The notes under the pieces are model-generated. The model did not search any database. It was not told where the DNA came from and saw nothing but the letters and a program-made list of their open reading frames with translations. A stretch of 61,606 nucleotides of DNA from Elusimicrobiota bacterium (lineage in GTDB: Bacteria; Elusimicrobiota; Elusimicrobia; UBA1565; UBA9628): positions 1-61,606 of the forward strand of contig DAHVWT010000002.1 of the NCBI GenBank assembly GCA_027327915.1, written 5' to 3'. Positions 27,399 through 37,798 of this stretch are shown here, piece after piece (the stretch's first letter is position 1; each line of letters begins with the position of its first letter). Made by a program: the position numbers and the translations under genes.

Positions 27399-28632
27399 TC
27401 CCGCCAAAATCCGCAAGGACTTCCCCATCCTCTCGCGCCGGGTCAGGGGCAAGCCCCTCGTCTACCTCGACAACGCCGCCACGACGCAGAAGCCTCGCGC
27501 CGTGATCGAGTCTCTGGTGTCTTTCTACGAGCGCCACAACGCCAACGTCCACCGCGGCGTCCACGAACTCTCCGAGGAGGCGACGAACCTCGTCGAGACG
27601 ACTCGCGCCAAAGTCGCCGCCCTCATCGGCGCGAAACATTCCCACTGCGTCATCTTCACGCGAAACACGACCGAGTCAATCAACCTCGTCGCCCACGCCT
27701 GGGGCCGCAAATTTCTCAAGGAGGGCGACGAGATCCTCCTGACCGAGCTCGAGCACCACTCCAATCTGGTCCCCTGGCAGATGATCGCCCAGGAGAAGGG
27801 CGTGAAGCTGCGCTTCATCCCGGTCGCCCACGACGGCACGCTGGACGTGGACTCGGCGCGGCGGTTGCTCTCCCCGAGGACCAAGCTCATCGCCTTCTCC
27901 GCCCTCTCCAACGCCCTGGGGTCGGTCAGCCCCATCGAGAAGATCCTCGCGATGGCGCGCTCGATCGGCGCGACAACCCTGATCGACGCCGCCCAGTGGG
28001 CCCCGCACCGCCCCATCGACGTCCGGGCCTGGGGCTGCGACTTCCTCGCCTTCTCGGCCCACAAGATGCTGGGGCCGACGGGGATCGGCGTCCTCTACGG
28101 CAAGGAGGAGATCCTCGATGCGATGAATCCTTTTCTCGGCGGCGGCGACATGATCAGGCAAGTCTTCCTCGACCACTCGACCTATAACGTCCTGCCCTAT
28201 AAATTCGAAGCCGGCACCCCGAACATCGCCGACGCCGCCGCCTTCGATGCCGCGATCGACTACCTCCAGGGCGTCGGTTTCGACGAGATCGAGCGCCACG
28301 AGCGGGCCTTGCTCGGCCGGGCGCTTTCCGTCCTGGGTTCGATGTCCGAGGTCGAGATATACGGACCGAAGGATCTCGATCGCCAAGCCTGCCTCGTCTC
28401 CTTCAACATCGCGGGACTCCACCCCCACGACGCGAGCACGGCCATCGACCTGGAGGGCATCGCCGTGCGCGCCGGGCATCATTGCTGCCAGCCCCTGATG
28501 GCCAAGCTCAAGATCCCGGGCACCGTGCGCGCGAGTTTTTATCTCTATAACACCCTGGAGGAGGTTGACCGGCTCGCCGTAGCCGTCTCAAAGGCCGCGC
28601 GGTTCTTCAAAAAAGAAGAGGCGATCGCCTAA
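27391..28632 (+). CDS. sufS: Cysteine desulfurase SufS
   Basis: YLDNAATTQKP, SAHKM (PLP lysine), RAGHHC. Confidence 0.97.
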   Translation: MIDPAKIRKDFPILSRRVRGKPLVYLDNAATTQKPRAVIESLVSFYERHNANVHRGVHELSEEATNLVETTRAKVAALIGAKHSHCVIFTRNTTESINLVAHAWGRKFLKEGDEILLTELEHHSNLVPWQMIAQEKGVKLRFIPVAHDGTLDVDSARRLLSPRTKLIAFSALSNALGSVSPIEKILAMARSIGATTLIDAAQWAPHRPIDVRAWGCDFLAFSAHKMLGPTGIGVLYGKEEILDAMNPFLGGGDMIRQVFLDHSTYNVLPYKFEAGTPNIADAAAFDAAIDYLQGVGFDEIERHERALLGRALSVLGSMSEVEIYGPKDLDRQACLVSFNIAGLHPHDASTAIDLEGIAVRAGHHCCQPLMAKLKIPGTVRASFYLYNTLEEVDRLAVAVSKAARFFKKEEAIA

Positions 28633-28640
28633 GATTTCCC

Positions 28641-29138
28641 ATGGCCGAAGGCGACTCGGAGCTTCAGGACCTCTACCGGGACGTGCTCCTCGACTATTTC
28701 AAGAGCGCGACGCACAAGGGAGAGATCGCGGAGGCTGATATCCACTCCCACGGCGTCAATCCCGTGTGCGGCGACGAGATCAAGATCTCGGCGTCCTTGA
28801 CGAAGGACGGCGGCCAGGAAAGCCGGCGCCTGGCCCGGCTCCGCTACACGGGCCACGGCTGCGTGATCAGCCAGGCCTCCTCGGCCATGATGGCCGAGGC
28901 CTTGGAAGGCCTGAGCGTCGCCGAGGCGCGCGAGCTCGCAGGGGCCTTCAAGTCCATGATGCTGCGGGAAACCACGCCAGAAGCCCTTCCCGAGCGGCTG
29001 GGCGAGGCGCGGGCCTTCGAAGGGGTTCGCAAGTACCCGATGCGGGTCAAATGCGCGACTCTCGCCTGGAACACTCTCATCGAGGGCCTCAGAGCGCCCC
29101 CCGCCAGCGCGGCCTCGACGGAATTCAAGGAAAAATAG
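28641..29138 (+). CDS. sufU: SufU-type sulfur-transfer/scaffold protein
   Basis: NPVCGD, GCVISQAS, RVKCATLAW. Confidence 0.93.
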   Translation: MAEGDSELQDLYRDVLLDYFKSATHKGEIAEADIHSHGVNPVCGDEIKISASLTKDGGQESRRLARLRYTGHGCVISQASSAMMAEALEGLSVAEARELAGAFKSMMLRETTPEALPERLGEARAFEGVRKYPMRVKCATLAWNTLIEGLRAPPASAASTEFKEK

Positions 29139-29140
29139 CC

Positions 29141-29461
29141 ATGCCGACTTTCAAGGAAATCGGAGAAGTATTAAAGCCGGTCGCGGACCCGGAGATCCAC
29201 ATCAGCATCGTGGACCTGGGGCTCGTCTACGGCGCGGAGGTCAAAGCGGGCGCGGCGGAGGGCGGCGACGCCATCAAGGTGGTGATGAGCCTTACCTCGC
29301 CCGCCTGCCCCTACGGCCCGATGCTGCTCGCCTCGGTCCATCAAGCCGTGGCGAAGCTCCCCGGGGTCAAGGACGTGGACGTGGACCTCGCCTTCGACCC
29401 TCTCTGGGATCCGCGAACGATGGCCTCGGAGGAGGCCAAGGACCAGCTGGGGATCTATTGA
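29141..29461 (+). CDS. sufT: DUF59/SufT protein
   Basis: DPEI..SIVDLGLVY, LTSPACP, DPLW. Confidence 0.9.
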   Translation: MPTFKEIGEVLKPVADPEIHISIVDLGLVYGAEVKAGAAEGGDAIKVVMSLTSPACPYGPMLLASVHQAVAKLPGVKDVDVDLAFDPLWDPRTMASEEAKDQLGIY

Positions 29462-29928
29462 TGAAGATCACGAGCTCGTTGGAATACGGCATGCGGCTCA
29501 TGGCCGCGATCGCCAAGGAGGACGGGGACGCCCCCCTCTCGGCCGAAAAGCTCTCGCGAGAGGAGAACATCCCCCTTGACTATACGAATCAGATTCTCTG
29601 GAAGCTTAAGAGCGCGGGCGTGATCTCGAGCCGCCGCGGCTCCGGCGGGGGATACTCCCTCGCGAGGCCGCCCCACGAAATCACCATGGACCGCGTCGTG
29701 ATAGCCCTCGAGGGCTCGATTTTCGAGGACGTCTGCTCGAAATACGCGGACGCCCCGCGCGAATGCCACCACCAGTCTGGATGCTCGTTGTCCCCCCTTT
29801 GGCGGCGTCTGGGCACTCTCCTCGCCGAATTTTTCTCGAGCACCACGCTCGAAGACCTCATCCGCAGGGAACCCGCGACCGCGCGCGTCGAATTCATTCC
29901 GCCCGGCCGGCCCTTGCCGATGCGTTAA
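29461..29928 (+). CDS. Rrf2 family regulator (IscR-like, three Cys)
   Basis: SRRGSGGGYSL motif; C...C.....C cluster ligands. Confidence 0.92.
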   Translation: MKITSSLEYGMRLMAAIAKEDGDAPLSAEKLSREENIPLDYTNQILWKLKSAGVISSRRGSGGGYSLARPPHEITMDRVVIALEGSIFEDVCSKYADAPRECHHQSGCSLSPLWRRLGTLLAEFFSSTTLEDLIRREPATARVEFIPPGRPLPMR

Positions 29929-29938
29929 GGAGCCCTCC

Positions 29939-30214
29939 ATGGAAAACCAGACGAATCCCGTCCAGCCCAGCCAGTCCGCCCCCGCCTCTCTCAAGGACCG
30001 CGTGGAATCGGCCCTCGCCCGGATCCGGCCCTATATCCAATCCGACGGCGGCGACATCACCCTCGTCGCGATCCGCGAGGAGACCGGGACCGTCGAGGTC
30101 GCGCTCCACGGCGCTTGCGGCTCCTGCCCGAGCTCGATGGCGACCCTCAAAGGCGGCGTCGAGCGCGCCGTGTGCCAGGCCGTCCCGGAAATCAAGGAAG
30201 TCGTCACCGTTTAA
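29939..30214 (+). CDS. Nfu/NifU C-terminal domain protein
   Basis: IRPYIQSDGGDI, GACGSCPSS..TLK. Confidence 0.93.
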   Translation: MENQTNPVQPSQSAPASLKDRVESALARIRPYIQSDGGDITLVAIREETGTVEVALHGACGSCPSSMATLKGGVERAVCQAVPEIKEVVTV

Positions 30215-30239
30215 GCCGCGGGATTCGCGAGGCGGGCCC

Positions 30240-31064
30240 TTGCGCCGATTCGACTGCCATACCCATTCCCGCCACTCGGACGGCACCCTTTCTCCAAGGG
30301 AAGTCGTCAAGCGCGCCGAGGCGTCGAAACTTGAACTCCTGATCCTCACGGATCACGATACGATCGCGGGCCTTGAGGAAGCGGCGGCCGCGGCGACGGC
30401 GGCGAAAATCCATTTTTCCCTCGGCATCGAGATCAACTCCAACTATCCCGAAGGCCAGGTCCACTTTCTGGGCTACGGGATTCGCGCCCAGGATCCCTCC
30501 TTTCTCGCGGCCCTGGCGCGCTTGCGCGGCCGACGCCGGGAGCGCGCCGACGCCATCCTGCGCCGCCTGCGGGAGTTGGGCCTCCCGCTCTCCCCGGAGG
30601 AGCTCCCTTCCTCTCCCGACCTGCCTCTCGGAAGGCCTCATGTGGCGGACCTGATGCGTCGCAAGGGGATCGTGCGCACGCGCTCGGAGGCTTTCGAGAA
30701 ATATCTGTCCCGAGGCCGCCCCGGATTCGCGGAGCCCCTGGGCCCGACCCCCGAGGAAGCGATCGCTCTCATCCGAGACGCCGGGGGGTTCCCAAGCCTC
30801 GCTCATCCCAAAACGGCCAAAACGGCCCTCAAGCACCTTTCCGAGTGGGTGCGGGCGGGTCTCGAAGGCGTCGAGGCCTACTACGCCGCCTTTTCGGAGG
30901 AGGAGCGGAAGCATTGGGCGGGCGTCGCGGCCGAGTTCAACCTCCTCTCGACCGGCGGCTCCGACTTCCACGGCCCCGGGACGGGGCGGGACCGCCCGCT
31001 TGGCGTCGAGGTTCCGGAATCGGTCTTCGACCGCTTCTCCGAGCGCCTGGCTCGCTGTGGCTAG
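30240..31064 (+). CDS. PHP domain phosphoesterase (TrpH/YciV-like)
   Basis: DCHTHSRHSDG, TDHDT, GRPH, AHP, TGGSDFHG; TTG start. Confidence 0.9.
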   Translation: MRRFDCHTHSRHSDGTLSPREVVKRAEASKLELLILTDHDTIAGLEEAAAAATAAKIHFSLGIEINSNYPEGQVHFLGYGIRAQDPSFLAALARLRGRRRERADAILRRLRELGLPLSPEELPSSPDLPLGRPHVADLMRRKGIVRTRSEAFEKYLSRGRPGFAEPLGPTPEEAIALIRDAGGFPSLAHPKTAKTALKHLSEWVRAGLEGVEAYYAAFSEEERKHWAGVAAEFNLLSTGGSDFHGPGTGRDRPLGVEVPESVFDRFSERLARCG

Positions 31065-31794
31065 CCCTTTTTTAATCGTCGCCCATCGAGGCGCGAGCGC
31101 CTTGGCCCCGGAAAATACCCTCGCGAGCTTCCGCCGGGCCCTCGATATGGGCGCCAAGGCGGTTGAGCTCGACGTGCACCAGAGCCGCGACGGAGAGCTT
31201 CTCGTGATCCACGACGAGAACTTAAAGCGCACCTGCGGCCTCGACGCCCTCGTCAAGGACCTTGACGCCTCGCGCATTCGCAGCCTGGACGCCGGTTCCT
31301 GGTTCGGCCCCCAGTTCGCCGGAGAACGGGTTCCCACGCTGCGCGAGACTCTCGAGCTGCTCCTCGGCCGGGCCTCCGTCCATCTCGAGCTCAAGCAGGG
31401 GTCGCGCTATTATCCGGGGATCGAGGCGCGCGCGGTGGCTCTCCTCAAGAAGATGGACGGGATGAGAGACAGCGTCCTATCGAGTTTCGACCATCAAGCC
31501 CTTTTTGAGGTGCGAAGAGTTGATTTTTCGGCGCGGATCGGCTATCTATTAGGTCGCGCGTCAACGATAAGAGCCTTGAAAGACACGAAAGATTTGAGAG
31601 CGGAAAGCCTCCATCTCAGCCTCCGGCAGACGACCGCCGCGCGCGTGCGCTCCGCTCACGAGCATGGACTCCGCGTCCTGACCTACACCGTTGTCTCGTC
31701 CGCGCAAGGCCGACGCCTGCGATCCCTGGGCGTCGACGGCGTCTTTGCGAATGATCCAGGCCTTCTCCAGGACCAACGCCATGCCCCCCTCTAA
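31057..31794 (+). CDS. Glycerophosphodiester phosphodiesterase
   Basis: AHRGAS..APENTL, ELDV, IHD, ELK, SSFD. Confidence 0.92.
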   Translation: MASPFLIVAHRGASALAPENTLASFRRALDMGAKAVELDVHQSRDGELLVIHDENLKRTCGLDALVKDLDASRIRSLDAGSWFGPQFAGERVPTLRETLELLLGRASVHLELKQGSRYYPGIEARAVALLKKMDGMRDSVLSSFDHQALFEVRRVDFSARIGYLLGRASTIRALKDTKDLRAESLHLSLRQTTAARVRSAHEHGLRVLTYTVVSSAQGRRLRSLGVDGVFANDPGLLQDQRHAPL

Positions 31795-32956
31795 GACCAA
31801 AAATCAAGTCTGGACCGGAGCCGTCGGGACCGATCTTCCCGTCGATGGCCCGCCGGCGGGATGGAGCCAGAAGGCGCTAGCGAACGTTCTGCGCAAGCCC
31901 GGACCGATCTCGAAAACCGCCGGAGCGGTGGACTTGGCGCTGTTCGCCGCGGCGGAATGGGCGCCACCGCATGCCGAGGCCGCCCGAGGACGACTCGTCC
32001 TCGACCTGGCAGCCAGCGCACGCCAGTCGGAGGGACCGGGATGGCGAAACCTCGCCGAATCCGCGGTGACCGCCAAGCATGTCTGGGACGTGCACGCCCT
32101 GACCCGGGAGCCGTTGTTAAAGGAGATCGGAACCGAGCTCATGGAGCATCTCCTGCGCAACGAGCATGCCTGGCTGGGCGATGCCGCGCCGCGGACGGAA
32201 GCCGTCCTCGCCTTGGCCTTCCTGCGCGCCAACGCCTGCTGCCCGCGGCCCGCCTACTCGGCGGCGGCGGACCGTATGCTTTCCCGCCTGACGGCCGGGA
32301 TTTCTCCGGACACCTCTAACGGCGGAGCCGCCCGTTCCCCGTCTCTCGCGGAAAACGCCTGGAAGATCCTCGCCCTGACGGAGTCCTTCCTGAGCTCCGG
32401 CCACGCGCCCCATCGCGAGGCCGCGGAGAAGCTTCTGCGGGAGCTTTTTCAGGAGCTTTGGGACCGGGAACGCGGCGGCTTCATGGACGCCTCCGCAGCC
32501 GCGGGAAGCGCCCGGCTCGTCCTCTACGAGAACGCTGTCGCCCTCGAGGGCGCCTGGCGGCTCTCCGAGCTCAAAGGAAACAAGCACTACTCCGATTGGG
32601 CCGTCTGGGGCATCAAGGGCCTCTGGTCGAAGCTCGCCTCGACGCGGGAGGCCCGTCTTGCCCGGGTCTGGGAGCTCTTGAGCCGCGGCCGCATGGATTT
32701 TGAGCTCGTGGCCAAGCCCGAGGACCGTGCGCCGCTGCTCGCGGCCCTCAACCGACACTATCTCCCCAGAAAAATCATCTCCTTCGTCCATCCCGACGAC
32801 CAGGACTACCTGCAGGCCCACAAGCTGCTCCCTTGCGACAAGCCGACGCTCTTTGCCTGCAGGGATCTGCGCCCCGTGGCCCGGTCGGATGCCCCGGAGT
32901 CCGTCGCGGCCATGGTCGAGACGTTGCAAAAAGCCTATCGCGATGACCCTCGTTGA
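31781..32956 (+). CDS. Hypothetical protein resembling a degenerate YyaL/SPATA20 (alpha/alpha)6 C-terminal region
   Basis: LWDRERGGF, LYENA and C-terminal PTLFAC segments; overlaps both neighbours. Confidence 0.5.
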   Translation: MPPSKTKNQVWTGAVGTDLPVDGPPAGWSQKALANVLRKPGPISKTAGAVDLALFAAAEWAPPHAEAARGRLVLDLAASARQSEGPGWRNLAESAVTAKHVWDVHALTREPLLKEIGTELMEHLLRNEHAWLGDAAPRTEAVLALAFLRANACCPRPAYSAAADRMLSRLTAGISPDTSNGGAARSPSLAENAWKILALTESFLSSGHAPHREAAEKLLRELFQELWDRERGGFMDASAAAGSARLVLYENAVALEGAWRLSELKGNKHYSDWAVWGIKGLWSKLASTREARLARVWELLSRGRMDFELVAKPEDRAPLLAALNRHYLPRKIISFVHPDDQDYLQAHKLLPCDKPTLFACRDLRPVARSDAPESVAAMVETLQKAYRDDPR

Positions 32957-33308
32957 GACGCTGCGTTCCGGCAAGTGCAAGCCTTGCTCCGGAGGCACGC
33001 CTCCCCTCAGCGGCGCGACGGTTCGGGAATGCCTCGCGGCCCTGCCGTCGTGGCGACTCTCCGATGACGGCAAAAGCATCCTCCGGGATCTTCTCATGAA
33101 GGACTTTTCGAGCGCCGTCGATCTCATCGTCCGGATCAAGAACGTCGCCGAGGCGGAGGACCATCATCCGGACCTGCATCTCACGGGCTACCGCCGGCTA
33201 ACCGTCGAGCTTTCGACTCACGCCATCGGGGGACTGTCGGAAAACGATTTCATCCTCGCCGCCAAAATCGAAGCCCTTCCCAAGAGCCTCAAAGAAAGCA
33301 ATCGATAG
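32943..33308 (+). CDS. phhB: Pterin-4a-carbinolamine dehydratase
   Basis: CKPC, AEAEDHHPDL, THAIGGLSENDFILAAKI. Confidence 0.93.
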   Translation: MTLVETLRSGKCKPCSGGTPPLSGATVRECLAALPSWRLSDDGKSILRDLLMKDFSSAVDLIVRIKNVAEAEDHHPDLHLTGYRRLTVELSTHAIGGLSENDFILAAKIEALPKSLKESNR

Positions 33309-33363
33309 CCACGGAAGGCCTCCCGCAGCGTTCCATTGTCTTCCGTGGCCTTCCGTAGCTTTC
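33291..33363. repeat. Decamer-built palindromic repeat, copy 1
   Basis: Units such as ACGGAAGGCC followed by inverted units TTCCGTGGCC/TTCCGTAGCT with 10-nt periodicity. Confidence 0.7.
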
Positions 33364-33451
33364 AACGCTTCCTATTAAAATCGCTATCTTTTTGTAACAA
33401 TCCGGCTGGTAAGCTTCGGCTATTGCGCCGTTAGGCCGTCGTCCAGCAACC

Positions 33452-36400
33452 ATGCGCGGATTGACAAAGGCTTTTCTCGTTTGCGCCGTGCCAGGGCTTC
33501 TGTTCGCCCTATCCCCCGGCGCCTGGGCCATCAATGCCGCCAACGCGACGGCGACCCTCCTTCCCGACGAGAATATCCTCGTCACCGGCGGCAGCTCGAC
33601 GATTGCCAGCCCGGGAATACTCAATACGGCGACCCTGATCGACACCGCCAGGGGATCTTTCGTGACCCTCACGAACGGCATGAGTGTCGCCAGGGCGTCG
33701 CACACGGCGACGCTGCTCCCTAATGGAGATGTCCTGATCGCCGGAGGGGCCTGCAACGCGGGCGCGACGGGCTGCTCCTCCGTCAACGGAAACGTGACCG
33801 CCGCCGCCGAGATTTACAATCCCGTAGGACGATGCTGGTATGCCCCGAGCGCAAGCGGCGGACCCGTCCCCGCCATGTCGGAACCCCGCTATGACCACAC
33901 GGCGACCCTTCTTTCAAGCGGCACCGTCCTCATTTGCGGCGGGCAGGATAACGCTACCCCCACGGAGAATGTCTGGTCGACGTGCGAGATTTTCACGCCC
34001 TCCGCTTCTCTCCCGCTTCCGGCCAACGACACCTCCTGCACAGCGACAAGCATCGGAAGCTTCGGCTCCCCCTTCAGCATGACGGCCACCAACGGCCGCA
34101 CGGGCCATACCGCGACCCTTCTCTCCGACGGCCGCGTCTTCATCGCGGGCGGCTATAACCCGAACGACTCTTACCTCCAAACAACCGAAATCTTCGACCC
34201 GAACGCCGCGCCCCCCAACTACTTCACCGCGGCCAGCGGCCTCGACATCCCGAGAGCCTATCATACGGCCACGCTGCTGGGAGACGATCAAGTCTTGGTC
34301 GCGGGGGGCAGGGCCACCGAGAACGTCCAGACCGCCGGCCCCGGCGGCTATCTCTCGGGAGCGGAGATCTGTCCTCCCGATGGTTCCTGCACCCCGGCGG
34401 CGCCCCTGAACGAGCGCAAAGCCTACCATACGGCCACGTTGATGGCGGGAGGCGAAGCGATCATCTTTGGAGGACTCGGGAACATCACGACAACCTATGT
34501 TTCCGCCTCCGGCGCCCTTCAGACCGGTTCCACCGTCACCTTCAACTCCCCCTGCGCCATGCCCAGCGCGTGCACCAACTTCCCCATGGCCCCGGACACT
34601 CCGGAACAGATACTCAGCTACAATTTGAATTTCTCCCAGTTGAGCGCGACTCTCGGCGTGCCGGCTACGGGAAGGATCGTCGACGGCTACGTTCTTTTCT
34701 CATCCGCGAGCATCTCCTTCGCGAGCGGCACCGTCGTTTTCGGATTCCAGGGGACGAACCCTCCAGGATCGGACGGCGGCCAAGGCACGAGCTGCGCCAA
34801 TCTTCAAGGCGCCGGCGTCTGCCTCGCTGGCGTGCCGGTCACTTGCAACGCCTCCGGCGTCTGCGGCCAAATCGTTCTCAATAACATCTCCATCAGCGCG
34901 ATGAGCGACACCACGATGAGCGGCACTTCGGTTTGCAGCGCCGGCGGATGCGGGACCATCTACCTTTCGACAACGCCGGTCGGAGTCGATCCCAAAGGCG
35001 TCGGCGGAGCCGTGCCTGCTTATATTGATTTGGCCGGACAAACCTACTCGGTCACCATCGCGACGATCGTGATCAACTCCATGGTCTTCGGCGATCAGGA
35101 GCAATACTCGCCATCCGCCAATACCTGGAGCCTTGCCCAACGGTTCGCCGAATCCTACAGCCATGCCGCCGTGCTGCGCCCGGACAACACGATCGCCATC
35201 GAGGGCGGGCTGACCTGTTCCGGCGCGCTGGGGATCCCCCCCTGCGGCCCCTCGGACCAGAACGCCGACATCGACAATATGCCGTTCAATTTCGGCCATT
35301 GGCAGGGCGGGCCGACACTGACGACGCAGCGCGCCAATCACACGAGCACGCTGCTGCCGTCCGGAAACATCCTGACGGCCGGAGGCCAAAACGACGCGGG
35401 GATGCTGGGCACGGCCGAAATCCTCAACACGGCCAACAATACCGTGAGCGCGACGGGCTCGTTGAACTACCCGCGTTCCCTTCATACCGCGGCTCTTCTC
35501 GTCAACGGCAACGTCCTCGTGGCCGGAGGCCAGACCGTCATCGGCGGCTCGACCCAAACCACCAGCACCGCCGAAGTCTACTACCCCGCGATGGGCTCCT
35601 GGGGCGTGACGGGAAGCATGAACCAGGCGCGCCAGAACCACGCCATGGTCCAGCTCGCGGACGGCCGGGTGCTGGCGGCCGGAGGCGACCAACTCGACGG
35701 GAGCTATCTTGACTCCGCGGAAATCTATACCTCGACGACCGGCACGTGGTCGACAGCCGACCCGATGCCCTACAGCGCCGCGAATCTCTCGCTGACGCTG
35801 CTTCGTAACGGAAACGTCCTGGCGGTGGGCGGTCTCGGCGCCGGCGGAGCGGTGGGCAACGCCTCGATTTACATCCCGGCGTCCAACACTTGGAGCACCA
35901 CGACCAAGCCCCTGCCCGGCGGCCTCAAGCTCTTCAACCACCGCGCGACGCTCCTCGCCGACGGGCGGGTCCTCGTCTCGGGCGGCAACAACGGCGGCGG
36001 AGAAAGCACGACCTCCCTGATCTACGATCCGAATTCCAACACATGGACCACGGCGGGGGCCTTGGTTTACCCGCGCTTCGGCCATACGGCCCTGGCTCTG
36101 CCGGACGGCGACGTCTGGGTGATCGGCGGCGCGCAGGGATCGGGAGTCCTTCAATCCTTCGAGCGATTCGATACGCTTCTTCAGTCGTGGAGCACGTCGA
36201 CGTATATGCTGTCGCAGGCGAGGGCCTACGAGACGGCGATTTTGGCGCCGAACGGCTATGTCTATGCGATCGGAGGGTCGGGCGGCGGCTCCACCTACCT
36301 CAACTCCACGGAGATGGCCTATTTCTCCGAATCTCCCGATGCCTCGACTCCCGGCGCCCCTCCCAGCCAGCGCCAGCCCTCCATCACAAGCTCGGACGCC

Positions 36401-37798
36401 ACCCCCTTTCTTCCCGGCAACTCGTTTACGCTCAACGGGACTCATTTCCATGGCGTGACCGAGGCCTCAAGCGGCGGCGGGGGAGGCGCCAATTCCTTCT
36501 TCTACGGGCCGAGGCTCGTGATCCAGTCCTTGGGCGGCTCCGACGGCGCCGGGTCCCAAGGCGGAAGCGACTTCACAATCGACCTCTCAAGCGAGATTTA
36601 CTACGGCCTCAATTACGGCCCCACCACGACCGCAGCCTGGAGCTTGAGCGACAGCTCGCTCACGGCGGTCATGGGCACCGCCTATAATCCAGCGCAATCC
36701 GCGAACACCGTCCTGCCCTTGGGCTGGTACCAGATACGCGCCGGGGCCAACGCCCAATTCTCGTCCGGATACATCATCCAGGCGGGCCCCGCCAAGCCGA
36801 CGGCCACGCCCCTCAACATTTCGGGATCGGCGCTGACCGCGACGGCCATCCAATGGACCTGGAACCCCGTCTCCCCTCCCAACCCCGCCACTCCCATCGA
36901 CGGCTACGACGTCTACGACTCCTCGACGGGAGTCTGGCTCTCGACGGTCGCCGTCAGCGCCTCCCCGAGCTATTTGCAGACGAACGCCTTCCCGGGGAGC
37001 GCCAACTCAATTGAGATCGCGGCCTACACTCTCTCGGGCGACGGGCCCTTGGCGAACTCCCCCTCCGTCATCACGCCGACCGCCACCTTCACCTGCAGCG
37101 CGGGGCCGGGCCAAGTCTGCGGCATCATTCTTCCCCAGGAATCGAGCAACTTCACCGGGACCTTGGGCAATGGGCGGCTCGTCCAGCTCACGGCGCCGGC
37201 AGGGGCCTTCTCCACCTCCTATTCTTCGATCAGCGTCGTCGCCTCGGTCCCCAGCCCCGCCCCCAGCTGCGCCAATGGGACCGCCGTCGTGGTCCAATTG
37301 CAATCCACCTTCCCCGCCAACAACATCCAACCCATCGGCGAACTTCAACTCGTGTTGTCGTACCTGACGGGGGACTTGAGCGCTCCTCCAAGCCAGTACC
37401 TGCTCATGCGCGTCGACTCGTCGAACCAATGCCATCCCGTTCCGACCACCATCAACGCCTCCGAGAACATCGTGACCGCGACGATCGACCAACTGGCGAC
37501 CTACCAACTGGCCCAGGCCACGCCGGCATCGACGCTTGGCCCGGTGCAGATCTACCCCAACCCCTTCTATCCCGCGCGCGCTCCGGCCATGACCTTCGCC
37601 AATCTGCCCTCCGGAGCGCGCCTGCGGCTCTTCACCACGCGCGGCATCTTGATTTTGGACGTCAACGCGGGCACGACGGGCACCTATCTTTGGAATGGCA
37701 ACAACGCCTCGGGCCAATCGGTCGCGAGCGGGCTTTACCTCGCCGTCATCGAGTCGAACGGCTCCCAACAAATCCATAAGGTGGTCATCCTGCGGTGA
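33452..37798 (+). CDS. Large secreted kelch-repeat protein with FN3-like and T9SS-CTD/FlgD-Ig-like C-terminus
   Basis: Signal peptide; 14 H-T-A-T-L-L-x-x-G-x-V-L-x-x-GG-type repeats; C-terminal IYPNPF...WNGNNASGQSVASGLY...KVVILR. Confidence 0.88.
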   Translation: MRGLTKAFLVCAVPGLLFALSPGAWAINAANATATLLPDENILVTGGSSTIASPGILNTATLIDTARGSFVTLTNGMSVARASHTATLLPNGDVLIAGGACNAGATGCSSVNGNVTAAAEIYNPVGRCWYAPSASGGPVPAMSEPRYDHTATLLSSGTVLICGGQDNATPTENVWSTCEIFTPSASLPLPANDTSCTATSIGSFGSPFSMTATNGRTGHTATLLSDGRVFIAGGYNPNDSYLQTTEIFDPNAAPPNYFTAASGLDIPRAYHTATLLGDDQVLVAGGRATENVQTAGPGGYLSGAEICPPDGSCTPAAPLNERKAYHTATLMAGGEAIIFGGLGNITTTYVSASGALQTGSTVTFNSPCAMPSACTNFPMAPDTPEQILSYNLNFSQLSATLGVPATGRIVDGYVLFSSASISFASGTVVFGFQGTNPPGSDGGQGTSCANLQGAGVCLAGVPVTCNASGVCGQIVLNNISISAMSDTTMSGTSVCSAGGCGTIYLSTTPVGVDPKGVGGAVPAYIDLAGQTYSVTIATIVINSMVFGDQEQYSPSANTWSLAQRFAESYSHAAVLRPDNTIAIEGGLTCSGALGIPPCGPSDQNADIDNMPFNFGHWQGGPTLTTQRANHTSTLLPSGNILTAGGQNDAGMLGTAEILNTANNTVSATGSLNYPRSLHTAALLVNGNVLVAGGQTVIGGSTQTTSTAEVYYPAMGSWGVTGSMNQARQNHAMVQLADGRVLAAGGDQLDGSYLDSAEIYTSTTGTWSTADPMPYSAANLSLTLLRNGNVLAVGGLGAGGAVGNASIYIPASNTWSTTTKPLPGGLKLFNHRATLLADGRVLVSGGNNGGGESTTSLIYDPNSNTWTTAGALVYPRFGHTALALPDGDVWVIGGAQGSGVLQSFERFDTLLQSWSTSTYMLSQARAYETAILAPNGYVYAIGGSGGGSTYLNSTEMAYFSESPDASTPGAPPSQRQPSITSSDATPFLPGNSFTLNGTHFHGVTEASSGGGGGANSFFYGPRLVIQSLGGSDGAGSQGGSDFTIDLSSEIYYGLNYGPTTTAAWSLSDSSLTAVMGTAYNPAQSANTVLPLGWYQIRAGANAQFSSGYIIQAGPAKPTATPLNISGSALTATAIQWTWNPVSPPNPATPIDGYDVYDSSTGVWLSTVAVSASPSYLQTNAFPGSANSIEIAAYTLSGDGPLANSPSVITPTATFTCSAGPGQVCGIILPQESSNFTGTLGNGRLVQLTAPAGAFSTSYSSISVVASVPSPAPSCANGTAVVVQLQSTFPANNIQPIGELQLVLSYLTGDLSAPPSQYLLMRVDSSNQCHPVPTTINASENIVTATIDQLATYQLAQATPASTLGPVQIYPNPFYPARAPAMTFANLPSGARLRLFTTRGILILDVNAGTTGTYLWNGNNASGQSVASGLYLAVIESNGSQQIHKVVILR

